Positions 1-9,953 of a stretch of 39,491 bases of DNA are shown piece after piece. The notes beneath the pieces are model-generated. The model searched no databases. It was given only the letters and a program-made list of their open reading frames with translations, and was not told the origin of the DNA. Positions within the stretch are counted from its first letter, which is position 1; each line of letters starts with the position of its first letter. The position numbers were made by a program, and so were the translations under genes. Source of the DNA: a virus (taxonomy: Duplodnaviria > Caudoviricetes); IMG/VR virus record IMGVR_UViG_3300032225_001435, positions 1-39,491 of that record; one strand, 5' to 3'.

Positions 1-3000
1 GTGTGATATCCATACTTAAGGCCAGAGGCAACTTTAACGATAGAGGATGTTGATGAATTGAAGGGTATATCTCCAAGCGCAACATCATCAATTTTAATAT
101 TATATACGTTCCCCGCAGTTATTGCACTACAAAACTCTATATCAAGGCCAGTACCAATAAATCCATACTTCATTGAGTTGGCATTGTTGGTTATAGTAAA
201 GCCTTCGGATGTATTTTCTGTATATTGCGCATTGACGTTAGTTACAGATCTTGACGGTCCAAGTGTTCCGCCAAAAAGGGTTGAACTGCCGTCATCACCC
301 AGGTAGTACCTATCGGTAGCGGTAGTTCCGGTTCCAAAGTCTAGTGTATTTAGTGCTCCAGAACTGAATTCTCTAACATACTTTTCTTCTGATATTGTCT
401 CGGCGGCATGATTGGCGCTGGTGTAGTAAGATGGTGAATATTCGTTATAGCTAACTGTATGTGCTATGGTTCCGTTGCTTTTTTGATAAATAGAGACAAT
501 GCCGCCAGATCCCGAATCAACTCCATAGACGGTTTCAAAGCCCGAGTTGTATGGCAGTGAGGTACTAATGGATGTTCTTTTTGTGCCGTTGTATGAGTAA
601 GTACCTGGATTTATTGTAATATTGGATGTACTATTTACAACCTCATATCCATGAATCTGAGAAAAGCCGGCTGTATTTTTTCTAATTCTAGTTGTGTAAA
701 AGCCTGGGGTTAGACCGGATACCGCCTTAACAACAACGTTTCTTCTATAGCCTGCAGCAGCCGTCTGGTTGGAAGTTGCAATGAAAGAACTGGTTACGGC
801 AATGTCGCTGCCGCCGTTGGTGGAAGCCAGCATGTCCCTAATTTGCCCGTCCGCAGATACCAATAGGTTAAGTCCAGTTCCATAAAAAGATATTTCAATA
901 AAGTCAGTTAGGCTAGTTTGAAGTTCGACATACAACCCCTGGGGATTTCCAGATGCATATCCCTTAGTAAATTGGACTGTTGGACCGCACACTCTAACAA
1001 GATCGAATCTATCATTGATCATTTTATAGACAGGCTCGTTGTTAGGACCGGACTCTCCTCTTACTCTTGTCATATCAGAGAAGTGGAATCTCTCAATGCC
1101 TATCCTTGGTCTCAAGTCATTGGCTAGATCAACAGGCTTGGCTCTGTTTGTAATGTACGTTGCTGATGGAGCTTTTTGAAGCACTACATAAGTGTCGCTC
1201 GGGCTTCCTGTGTCTGATACAACCGGCGACGATCCGATATTGTCAATTTGGTTCTGTAGGTCTGCAATGGCTAATGCATTGGCGTTAGAGCTGTCATATG
1301 AATAGCCCTTTGTTTGCATAAACTTAAGGGTAACCGTCTGGTCTGGAGAGTCATTAAATTTATTTACAGGGAAAGTGACAACATTATTAACTACTTGGAA
1401 TGCTGGATACTTATATGCCTTCCCAGCCTCAACATGCCAAACCTCTAATAGGTCAACATCTGGAGTAAAATTGAGGGTGAAAACATTAGTATTATTGGTA
1501 AGGGATAGGAACTGCTTAGTATCAACGTTCTTGACGCCTTGAACAATATGAATCTCTGGCTTGTAAAATACTGAAAATGCTGCCAAATTTCTATTAGTGG
1601 TGCTAGAAGTCACCCTAAGTCTAAGATCGAGCAATCTGCCCTGAAGGATGAAGTAGGTGTGGATTGTGCTGGCCGCTTCCGCCCAAGTGATGCCGAGATT
1701 GTAGGTCGCGGTGGTTGAGGTTGCAGCTCCGGTAAAATTGCGAACTTCAATAAAATTACCAACAAAAAAGTTATTGATGTAAGTATCTTCAGAGGCAACA
1801 CATAGGTGGAACTCGCCTGGGCCAAGAACGATATTTGAGAAGTAGAAGTTAGTGTCTACTTCAGAGGTGCTAATAGAAGATGCTGCTACTATATTAGAAA
1901 CGCCTACAATATCATTAACATTGGTACTGGGTAGGCCGGAGCCGTTGTCTTTGACGATCTTGCAGAGTATATTTCCGGCAGGGTTTGAGGTTCTCTTAAG
2001 TTTAACCACTGCTCTTTTGATTACATAGTCTGTATTGGCGGGAATAGTAAACTGCCTTGCAACTTGATATCTCGATGGGTCTAGGCTAAGACCGGATGTA
2101 GTAGTCGCTGTATCACTATTTAGTAATGAATATTGCTCATAACTAATTGAAATCACACGGTTAAACTTCACACCCGAGAATGCAGTCCATGATGTGCCGT
2201 TATAAAATGACTCAACGCCAACATCTGATACTGCTGATCTGTGGAATCTGAGGTTGTTTCCGCCAGTGTATGATGTCTTGTAGGCTGCATCAGTCTCAAG
2301 TACAAGGTGATAAGTTGCATTATCTGGCACAATCAAGTTAGGTATCGTAAAGGTTACGTCAGTTGCGGACGTTGGTACGGCAGCAACACTTGTCCAGTCT
2401 GAGTTATAAAGAGATGCCAGTGGCAACCCGCTCAAGTTGGAGTAAATGCCTATTCGGTAATTACCTGTTGGGGTGCCCAGCTTGCTGATCTTGATGGACA
2501 CTGAATTGATTCTTACTTGAGAATCATTATTAACAGCAATAGCAAAAGAACTTGCGTATGCTGTTGTAGTACCGCCTACGTTAGTTAGAGCGGATGAGGT
2601 TGTATTGACTGCGTATGAATTAGTTGCAGGAACTTGCTCCTCAGTCTTCCACTCATAGTCGCCAGTAAAGACTTCTGAAGCCGGATCGGTTGCGGTCATT
2701 GTTACTGGATAGTAATTAAGGCCGCCGTTTCTTGACATCTCCACGGTAGCATTGGTGTCTATGGAGGTATTTTTCCAGAATAGAGCTACAGTGGCTTTAT
2801 TGATGTCAGATCTTCTGGTCTCATTTTCTAGAAATGCTTCTTTATCCAGTAGTTGAATAGAGGTTATAGAACTCCCTACGTTAGGGAAGCTGACCGCATC
2901 GCCTGTGGGGGACATTGCTGCGCCGCTACCGAAGGAGGCTATCAAATCACTGCCATCTAATCCAAAAATGCTTGGAGTAGCAAGGCTGTAATTGCTTGAA

Positions 3001-3275
3001 ACCATTTGATTTTTAATGGTTTCTAAGATATCTGTAGTGGAGTTTGATACATTTTGAGCTAGAAAAGCCCAATTGGTTGATAAGCCGTCATCATTCTTTA
3101 TGAAAATCTGGCCGCCACTGCCCTGCTGTAAAAGAATTGAACCTTGTTCTGCATCAGTAGCAACAAATCTTGGGTCTTGCGTTCCCGTTAAAATCCGTGC
3201 TGTATCTCTTAGTTTTAGCTGATCCTTTAGTGTTTTTACAAAAGCACCGCTAAATAAAGTTCCTGATCCTGGCAT
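1..3275 (-). CDS. Large tail fibre / receptor-binding virion protein, 3' end outside window (>1090 aa)
   Basis: Translated by hand. ATG at 3275 with GAAAGGA RBS, MPGSGTLFSGAFVKTLKDQLKL..., no stop before the window edge, which is why the ORF track omits it. Ser/Thr/Gly/Asn-rich beta composition with duplicated domains. Lies at the distal end of the baseplate/fibre module. Confidence 0.75.
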   Translation of the reverse strand, partial: MPGSGTLFSGAFVKTLKDQLKLRDTARILTGTQDPRFVATDAEQGSILLQQGSGGQIFIKNDDGLSTNWAFLAQNVSNSTTDILETIKNQMVSSNYSLATPSIFGLDGSDLIASFGSGAAMSPTGDAVSFPNVGSSITSIQLLDKEAFLENETRRSDINKATVALFWKNTSIDTNATVEMSRNGGLNYYPVTMTATDPASEVFTGDYEWKTEEQVPATNSYAVNTTSSALTNVGGTTTAYASSFAIAVNNDSQVRINSVSIKISKLGTPTGNYRIGIYSNLSGLPLASLYNSDWTSVAAVPTSATDVTFTIPNLIVPDNATYHLVLETDAAYKTSYTGGNNLRFHRSAVSDVGVESFYNGTSWTAFSGVKFNRVISISYEQYSLLNSDTATTTSGLSLDPSRYQVARQFTIPANTDYVIKRAVVKLKRTSNPAGNILCKIVKDNGSGLPSTNVNDIVGVSNIVAASSISTSEVDTNFYFSNIVLGPGEFHLCVASEDTYINNFFVGNFIEVRNFTGAATSTTATYNLGITWAEAASTIHTYFILQGRLLDLRLRVTSSTTNRNLAAFSVFYKPEIHIVQGVKNVDTKQFLSLTNNTNVFTLNFTPDVDLLEVWHVEAGKAYKYPAFQVVNNVVTFPVNKFNDSPDQTVTLKFMQTKGYSYDSSNANALAIADLQNQIDNIGSSPVVSDTGSPSDTYVVLQKAPSATYITNRAKPVDLANDLRPRIGIERFHFSDMTRVRGESGPNNEPVYKMINDRFDLVRVCGPTVQFTKGYASGNPQGLYVELQTSLTDFIEISFYGTGLNLLVSADGQIRDMLASTNGGSDIAVTSSFIATSNQTAAAGYRRNVVVKAVSGLTPGFYTTRIRKNTAGFSQIHGYEVVNSTSNITINPGTYSYNGTKRTSISTSLPYNSGFETVYGVDSGSGGIVSIYQKSNGTIAHTVSYNEYSPSYYTSANHAAETISEEKYVREFSSGALNTLDFGTGTTATDRYYLGDDGSSTLFGGTLGPSRSVTNVNAQYTENTSEGFTITNNANSMKYGFIGTGLDIEFCSAITAGNVYNIKIDDVALGDIPFNSSTSSIVKVASGLKYGYH

Positions 3276-3332
3276 GCTCAATCCTTTCAGTACGAAGTAG
3301 TAGGTCGAAACCTAAATGAAAGTTATTATACT

Positions 3333-3361
3333 ATTTTACACTATGTTACGGGATTGGTCAA
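3333..3361 (-). promoter_or_regulatory. sigma70-type promoter TTGACC-N17-TAAAAT
   Basis: Consensus match with a 17-bp spacer, about 58 nt upstream of ATG 3275 and just downstream of a terminator. Confidence 0.55.
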
Positions 3362-3398
3362 ACAAAAACATCTCCGCTTTCTTTACAACGGAGATGCC
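3362..3398 (-). terminator. Rho-independent terminator
   Basis: Minus strand reads GGCATCTCCG...CGGAGATG followed by TTTTTGTTT, downstream of the stop at 3420. Confidence 0.7.
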
Positions 3399-3419
3399 TA
3401 AGTATTTGATTAAATAGAA

Positions 3420-3800
3420 TTAATCAAAGAAGTTGATCATGGTCGTGGTATTTGCCACTGGATTGGCCGAGATGGCTCTTATCGAAAGTCTTACTCCCGC
3501 CTCAATTCGGATATAGTTCGGTACTTCTCCGCCTGGAGGGATTTGCAGTAATGGTACTTCCGAGCCTGGAGCTCCAGTCGCCAACTCTAATATCTCCCCT
3601 GTATCAGAGAATACTTCTACAAGGTTAGTTGTGCCACTGGTTGTGGCATAAATTTGAAAATACTGGGATGTACTCAAGGGAAGGGAAGAACCCATAGACC
3701 CGCCATTAACCGATAATTGAGCGACGTTTCCAGTCAAGTGGGCAATCCTGACCGTTCCCATTGCTTTTCTACTTCCTCTTCTTTTTCCTGAATATGCCAT
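3420..3800 (-). CDS. Small beta-rich virion-associated protein (126 aa), function unknown
   Basis: ORF track; AGGTGA RBS; located between fibre genes. Confidence 0.6.
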   Translation of the reverse strand: MAYSGKRRGSRKAMGTVRIAHLTGNVAQLSVNGGSMGSSLPLSTSQYFQIYATTSGTTNLVEVFSDTGEILELATGAPGSEVPLLQIPPGGEVPNYIRIEAGVRLSIRAISANPVANTTTMINFFD

Positions 3801-3833
3801 GAAATCACCTACTTATCTGTTTTGTTGTATTTA

Positions 3834-3956
3834 TTAATCGTCACTGGCCATCATACCTAGAACTATAAGGACTGTCATGGGTAACATTATGTAAACTGGA
3901 GGATTAAGGGCAACCATGGTCCAAAAGGCTACAAACAATGCATAAGGCATGAGCAT
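3834..3956 (-). CDS. 40-aa hydrophobic (membrane) peptide MLMPYALFVAFWTMVALNPPVYIMLPMTVLIVLGMMASDD
   Basis: Translated by hand. TAATG stop/start overlap with the 1137-aa gene and GGGAG RBS; fills the intergenic gap. Confidence 0.55.
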   Translation of the reverse strand: MLMPYALFVAFWTMVALNPPVYIMLPMTVLIVLGMMASDD

Positions 3957-6900
3957 TAGAATAACTCCCAGCTAGATCCGTTGCATATCAATGATACGGC
4001 TTCGTAATCTTCTTCAATTCTATAGCCAGCTACCAGTCCATCGATTGTTCCATTGATTTGGATAGCCTTGCCTGTCTGAGATGCTGTACCCGCAAAATCC
4101 TTAATTATCAAAACTCTTCCTCCTACAGGAGTTGGGAGAGTGATAACCTTATTTGCTACGGATGCGGAAGTGTCTACGGAGATGAAAAAATCATTATCGG
4201 ACACGGTGTAATCCGTAGAAATTTTCATGTAATTAACTACTTGGCCGCCACTTAAGGTAGTTGTATTGGTCACAGCCAAATCGCTAAAACTGGAGCCAGG
4301 TCCGCCAGTTATGGAGCCAGTTGCCAATAAATTCACAACATTAAGAGTTGCCGATCCGTTATCCCATGTGAAACTTGAAGTAAAGTCCAAGGTTGAGTCT
4401 GTGCCGCCCGGGCCTAGGCCGTCTATGCTAGTGAACGGTACCCTGGAATTGAGCATATTATATGAACTAGCTGTTGGTATGACTCCGAAGCCATCTGTTG
4501 GTGTAATAGCCGGAGCCGTTACTGAATTCTTAGTCCTGAATACCCAAGAATTTAAACCACCGTAACTACCATCACTGGCACCGAGCCTGATCGACCATGG
4601 AGCCATGAATGATCTTGGTGTGTTAACTACCGAACTTGCTGTAGATGTCGCTGTGCCGCCTGTCCAGATTCTAAGTACGGTAGGGGATATAATTTGGGCA
4701 TCGCCATAAGCAGATCCAGAAGCAACTACAGTATAAGAACCTGAAATCTTACCTGCCAGTACACCGCCAATATCTTGATTTGCAGATACACCCACAACAT
4801 CGCCGACATTATAACTATGAGGTAGCGTGTACGTTAAGTTTATATAGATTTGACCGTTAAATGAATTTACTTGGCTGGATTGTCTTGTATCATCAGCAAC
4901 TTCGAAACCTGCACCATACCCACCATTAATTGGGAGGCCAACACCTAAAGATATCAATTTATCATCGACCAATAGGTTTGAGACGCTGATAGATGATGAT
5001 GTACCATCAACAATTAAGTCACCAGGTATGTAGGTCGTGGAAGATGCCTCACCAATAACTAGAGTATGAGCTCCAAGATTGGGAATGAGATTGAAGTTTT
5101 CTGGTACGACTTGGTCAATGTAGTTAACACCGATTCTTGTATTGTGAACCCTGAGGAAGTCACCTGTTGGGTCATAAATGAGATCTGAGTCCCAAGATAC
5201 CTGGCCGGCAACCGTTTCATTAAAGAATGGCACCGAGTAGGTTGGAGCATCTGCAAGTCTTACGCGAGCTCTGAGGTCTAGATCTTGGTTAATTGTTTTG
5301 CCGTATACACCAACAATAGAGCCATCAAAGAATACCAAAGTGGGTATGCCATCGATTGTTTCCATTCTTGCTAATAAGAATACATCTCGATTATCGTAAT
5401 TCTTTAAGGGAGTTGCGTCTGCTGCAAGTTTCTGCCAAACATTTGTGACAACTTCTGTGTTTTCAGACGCATCAGTTGGGTCAGTAACCGAGCCGCTAAC
5501 CAGGGCACCGCCTGCATCATCACTTAATTTAACCCAAAGGCTCTCACCAGCAGATAGCAGTCCAACGGCTGAGTCTATTGTGTATGTCAAAAGTGCATCA
5601 GAGTTATCGCCCGATCCTGGGGTTTCGGCCAGGTTATCTCTCTTGCGTCTCTTGATAGTTAAAATTGTGCCAGCGGCATTTGTCTTTAATTGATATCCGG
5701 CGGTTGCATCATACTGTGCAGTTTCGCTGTGAATAAGAGAAACATCAGCCGCTCCACTTCCGCCATTGACGAAGGCATCATTACGAGCTGTAACTTCTTC
5801 GCCCTCTTGCATTGTGCCATAACTTCGTAAGATGAAGTTATCATTGACTCTTCTACCGAGCCAGTATCTATTTGCGTCTTGATATACATATTCGCCAACA
5901 GTAGCATCAGCCACTAGGTCCAGATTGGAATATCTTGATCTAAAGAACTTAAGAGGTTCTGTTGAGGTTCCACCTATGATGTCTGCATGAAGCTCTAAAG
6001 CAACAACTGTGCCATCAGCTATATAGTTCTTGTCTGGATCATTGGATTCGAGGTAAGGGCTAATCGAACTACCCTTCATCTTAACTACTCGGTAGTACCT
6101 TGACGTACCTTCGGACTCTTTTCTTATGTAGTCGCCGATTGCAATTCCTGCAAAATCTCCAGCAACACCCGAAACGGTTCTAAGAGCTGAGAATGATCCA
6201 TATCCAACGTTACTTGCCCATACAACACTATTGCCAGAACCTTTACTAACATCTCTCTCAAGAGAAAGGTAAATATTGCCGCCATTTACTGGAGCGGGTG
6301 AGGTAAATTTAACATCTGAATAACTTCTATGCGTGGCTGATGCGAATGTAGCGCCAAGATGCCACTCAATGATTCCGTAGTTGAATTGCCAACGTAGTAG
6401 ACCGTCTTTGTAATTGCCGCCAATTAGAGGTACTGAACCTTCGCCAGCGAGCTTGAGGTCGCCTGAAAATCTCTTCCAGGTAAATGCTGATGTGGATGAT
6501 GGCTGAATGCTATGGCCTGATTCACTATCAAAAAATGTCTGTGATACTGATAGGTTAGCAACTGCTGCTTGAGCTCCGCCACTTGCATACCAAATGGAAG
6601 AACCTGATATTTCAGAGATACGAGTAGTTATTGCATCAAACAGGTCTTTAAAGGTGGTAATGCCTTTGTCGTTTATTGCGCCTGTCGCGTCAGAGGATCT
6701 CCAAGGAGAAGATGCATCAGTAGTGCCTACGCCAGTTCCAGAGGCAGGTGGCTCAACTCTGGCATTAGAGAATGGGTATTTATATAAAGAATCGGGAGCT
6801 GCACCGCCTCTTCCAAGGCGGAAGAATAATGGACGCCTATCTTCCATTGCATTAATTGAGCTTGCGCCCGTAGAGGCTGTTGCTAATGGAACTGCGCCTT

Positions 6901-7369
6901 CAGTGAAGCCAATTGTATTAACCGCTATCTGAAGAACTATGATATTTTGCGTATCAGCAGCAGCAGTAAATTCTGTACCGCCAGCTTCCTCGCCTGTTAA
7001 AGCGAGTGGGTCCCAGAATCCCTGATTGACAGGAGAGCCGGATTGATTAAAAAAGGTTGCTTCGATGTAGATATTTGACTGGTTAGCAGGTAATTCCACA
7101 ATATAATCAGCATCATCAGGCAAACCATAATACATGGAGCCATTCGGATCTTTTGGATTAAATATCTGAGAATCTGCAACTTTTATATTAATAGATAGGC
7201 CAGTTTTACCAACGACTTCAAAACCACGGACAACGAAAGCATTGGAAGTACCTGTAAATGAAGCAATTATCGACCTGAAGTCAAAGGCTGTATAACTCTC
7301 CTGAGCCAAGGCATGGTGAGTATCGTATCTCATTTGACCTAAGAGGTTTACCCTTGCTAAAACAGCCAT
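3956..7369 (-). CDS. Tail fibre / baseplate-attached fibre protein (1137 aa)
   Basis: Follows the wedge genes. Fibre-type segment GDLIVDGTSSSISVSNLLVDDKLISLG; C-terminal DYTV..DFFISVDTS...ITLP...LIIKD...TIDG...VSLICNGSSW module typical of fibre/baseplate protein termini. Confidence 0.65.
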   Translation of the reverse strand: MAVLARVNLLGQMRYDTHHALAQESYTAFDFRSIIASFTGTSNAFVVRGFEVVGKTGLSINIKVADSQIFNPKDPNGSMYYGLPDDADYIVELPANQSNIYIEATFFNQSGSPVNQGFWDPLALTGEEAGGTEFTAAADTQNIIVLQIAVNTIGFTEGAVPLATASTGASSINAMEDRRPLFFRLGRGGAAPDSLYKYPFSNARVEPPASGTGVGTTDASSPWRSSDATGAINDKGITTFKDLFDAITTRISEISGSSIWYASGGAQAAVANLSVSQTFFDSESGHSIQPSSTSAFTWKRFSGDLKLAGEGSVPLIGGNYKDGLLRWQFNYGIIEWHLGATFASATHRSYSDVKFTSPAPVNGGNIYLSLERDVSKGSGNSVVWASNVGYGSFSALRTVSGVAGDFAGIAIGDYIRKESEGTSRYYRVVKMKGSSISPYLESNDPDKNYIADGTVVALELHADIIGGTSTEPLKFFRSRYSNLDLVADATVGEYVYQDANRYWLGRRVNDNFILRSYGTMQEGEEVTARNDAFVNGGSGAADVSLIHSETAQYDATAGYQLKTNAAGTILTIKRRKRDNLAETPGSGDNSDALLTYTIDSAVGLLSAGESLWVKLSDDAGGALVSGSVTDPTDASENTEVVTNVWQKLAADATPLKNYDNRDVFLLARMETIDGIPTLVFFDGSIVGVYGKTINQDLDLRARVRLADAPTYSVPFFNETVAGQVSWDSDLIYDPTGDFLRVHNTRIGVNYIDQVVPENFNLIPNLGAHTLVIGEASSTTYIPGDLIVDGTSSSISVSNLLVDDKLISLGVGLPINGGYGAGFEVADDTRQSSQVNSFNGQIYINLTYTLPHSYNVGDVVGVSANQDIGGVLAGKISGSYTVVASGSAYGDAQIISPTVLRIWTGGTATSTASSVVNTPRSFMAPWSIRLGASDGSYGGLNSWVFRTKNSVTAPAITPTDGFGVIPTASSYNMLNSRVPFTSIDGLGPGGTDSTLDFTSSFTWDNGSATLNVVNLLATGSITGGPGSSFSDLAVTNTTTLSGGQVVNYMKISTDYTVSDNDFFISVDTSASVANKVITLPTPVGGRVLIIKDFAGTASQTGKAIQINGTIDGLVAGYRIEEDYEAVSLICNGSSWELF

Positions 7370-7413
7370 ATGTCATAACCTACTATTAAAATTAAGAATT
7401 AACTTCAGCATCA

Positions 7414-7422
7414 ATTTTATCA
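7414..7422 (-). promoter_or_regulatory. TGATAAAAT extended -10 / putative late promoter
   Basis: The same 9-mer occurs upstream of four virion genes; here TTGATT lies 17 bp upstream of TAAAAT. Confidence 0.55.
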
Positions 7423-7434
7423 CTCGACGCCACT

Positions 7435-9951
7435 TTAATCAAATACCGTCACACCACTATCATTGTATCTCAAGTCGGGTTTAATTACCTCTTTTTCTAC
7501 AAAAATTCCTGCGGCAACCAGAAGTTCTATCAAAAGGAACATGGTCTCCCTTGCGGACACGGTTCCGGTTAGGTAGGTAGGAAAGTCGTCCCCATCTATC
7601 CCTGGGCTGAATGGCAGAGCCTTGTGTATGAGCTGGACTTGGGTGCCGATATTATGAGTATTCTTGAATTTATACGCAGGGTCTATAAGTATCTGATTAT
7701 TACCAGGATTTTTGATTACTGCATAATAATTGATAGGTCCTTCAAACGAGTTAGATCCAAAGCCTAGGACTATTGAACCGGACTGTGGCAGTTCATCGCC
7801 CTCTGTTGTTTGGGTTTGGGCTATTTCTATAAATGGAATGTTATCGCCCTTGAATATCTTCTTTGAAGACTTGACAATATACTTGGAGACTGTAACTTTA
7901 GTGGCCTCGCCGCTTGGATCGTACATGTAACTATTTGTAAATGCTGGATTTTGTGGCTTAGTATATCCATAGATAAGAGCTTTAAGTCCTTCAAGGACGA
8001 CTTTTTTGTTATGAGTTATGGTTTTATCAAGGTATTGGGTGATAGCATTACCGCCAAATTCACCGGATCTCTTGCCTGTTGCTGCACTAATGATTAAGCC
8101 AAATGGGCCAATACCGTAACCAGTTGATATCTTAACAATATTGCTACTAACATCAACAACTGTCATTTTCTGATATCTTAATATACCGGCAACATAAGGA
8201 TTGGCATCAATTCCACCCACAACGTCCAACTTACATGACATCCCCGCAATGAGTCCAGAGGCTATTGCTGCGGATGCATTAGGGAATTCGAGGTAAAAAT
8301 CCGAACCATCCAATTGAGTCGTAGAGAATTGCTTAAGATCAGCAGGTCCCCATGAAAATCCGCTGAAGGTCTTGGTAGTTCCATCGGGGTTAAATATTCT
8401 AAACTTGAGAGTCTTGGAATCATCGACGCTATAGACATATAGAGGTCTGTTAAGGTCAGTAGTGACTATATTCCCTGCGCCCGTTGCTCCAGCCATGGTG
8501 AAGCTCCAAGGGAACTTGAGGCCATGGTCGTATGTAAAGGATAGTTTGTACTCGGCTGAATCAACTTCACCATAAATGGGATTGTTTATGCCTGTAATGG
8601 ATGGTGTCGTAAATGGCAACACAGCATATTCCGGATCGCCAGAGGCCACGGTATAGGTAGGCTCAGTGTCATTAAGGTTAACTGAGGTAGTCTTGTAAGA
8701 CTTCTCTCTAAAATTAAATCTCGAAGTGTCACTGACCAGTCTAAACCAATTGTCACCATCGGGCTTTTGAATACCCGTTCCTAGACGTACTTGGATGCTT
8801 GTCCTAGAGAAATCAACAACTTCTAATGGAGCACCCCGAAGGTGCATTGCTCCTACAAGGAATCTTCTGGCTAATGGAGGAATGGCTGGCACTGTAACTG
8901 TTAGGGTATTAACATCACTTTCAGATACTAGGGCAAACTCGTCTCGGTCGTATATGGTGCTTCTGCGTCCATCAGTAAAGACTATTGAGTTATCACTGGG
9001 CAAGCTGACCGACGCCGATAGAGTACTAAAGGCTCCGTTCTTTATAATGAAATAGTCATACCCAGAGTCAACAATCTCATAAGAGCCATTGAGCAGGCTC
9101 AATGGATATGCGCCATCAGTCAATCCTCGAATGGTTACAATATCATTCCTTTTGACTTTATAGAACAGTGGGTTATAGCCTACTCCATCCCATGTGACTC
9201 TTAGCTCATCTGTGTATGGAGAGGTTTTTGTCAGCGTTAATGCAGTGCCAGCCTGATTTTTTGTTTCTATAACTAACGGAAACTTAAGAAGATTTTGGAG
9301 TGTGCCGCCAGCTATGCGAATATTAGCAGAGGTTCCGCCAGCAGCCGAGGTTACTCTTAGAAAGTTCCTTGCACTTGTCCTGTCAATAGGTGTATCGGCC
9401 AATACTTCGTTTTGCGAAGAGTTGATGATTGCAGCAATCTCGGCAGCCGATACATTATTAAGATCATTAACTTGATTGGCGGTTATGGATACCTGAACAC
9501 GGCCAGACTGAGTTTCTATGATAAGACTGTCACCGTCAAGTAACTGATAAGGGTCCGTAATGGATGAGACTAGGTTAGGTCTTACCCTTTCAGATAGATA
9601 GAATGCCCTTACAATTTCTTCAATTGTTTGGCGCACTTGCTTTGGATCGGCAACCATAATAGGTACAAGTGTTCTGTAAGCTCTGATGTCAAGGCCGCTG
9701 CTCGACGGCATAACAAACCCGGACTGTTCTCCAAGTTGGATCAAATACCTTCCCTGGGCACTTGAAAGGAATAGTTGATCAATGCAAGCCCTGACTAATT
9801 GCTCCAGTCTTTCATTCGAACCGTTTATGCCTTGAATCAGACGCCCAAGGAAAAGCTCGTCCGAGACTCTATAGTTGCTCGGAAGAAACTTTAAAACATT
9901 TGAATTTGGACTAGAGTTAAGATCAGTCATGTCATCCCACGTTTTTGCCAA
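7435..9951 (-). CDS. Baseplate wedge protein, P2 gpI-like N-terminus with long extension (~830 aa)
   Basis: Directly after baseplate-J. QLFLSSAQGRYLIQLGEQSG...DIRAYR resembles the A-x-G-x-x-L-D...D-x-x-Y-R wedge motif. Start more likely TTG 9951 or ATG 9930 than 9996. Confidence 0.6.
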   Translation of the reverse strand: MAKTWDDMTDLNSSPNSNVLKFLPSNYRVSDELFLGRLIQGINGSNERLEQLVRACIDQLFLSSAQGRYLIQLGEQSGFVMPSSSGLDIRAYRTLVPIMVADPKQVRQTIEEIVRAFYLSERVRPNLVSSITDPYQLLDGDSLIIETQSGRVQVSITANQVNDLNNVSAAEIAAIINSSQNEVLADTPIDRTSARNFLRVTSAAGGTSANIRIAGGTLQNLLKFPLVIETKNQAGTALTLTKTSPYTDELRVTWDGVGYNPLFYKVKRNDIVTIRGLTDGAYPLSLLNGSYEIVDSGYDYFIIKNGAFSTLSASVSLPSDNSIVFTDGRRSTIYDRDEFALVSESDVNTLTVTVPAIPPLARRFLVGAMHLRGAPLEVVDFSRTSIQVRLGTGIQKPDGDNWFRLVSDTSRFNFREKSYKTTSVNLNDTEPTYTVASGDPEYAVLPFTTPSITGINNPIYGEVDSAEYKLSFTYDHGLKFPWSFTMAGATGAGNIVTTDLNRPLYVYSVDDSKTLKFRIFNPDGTTKTFSGFSWGPADLKQFSTTQLDGSDFYLEFPNASAAIASGLIAGMSCKLDVVGGIDANPYVAGILRYQKMTVVDVSSNIVKISTGYGIGPFGLIISAATGKRSGEFGGNAITQYLDKTITHNKKVVLEGLKALIYGYTKPQNPAFTNSYMYDPSGEATKVTVSKYIVKSSKKIFKGDNIPFIEIAQTQTTEGDELPQSGSIVLGFGSNSFEGPINYYAVIKNPGNNQILIDPAYKFKNTHNIGTQVQLIHKALPFSPGIDGDDFPTYLTGTVSARETMFLLIELLVAAGIFVEKEVIKPDLRYNDSGVTVFD

Positions 9952-9953
9952 TA

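Noticed and set aside
1-3275. Non-coding region, pseudogene or stop-codon recoding suggested by the empty ORF track
   Set aside because: One minus-strand frame is fully open from ATG 3275 to the window edge. Elsewhere TAA, TAG and TGA all end genes normally.
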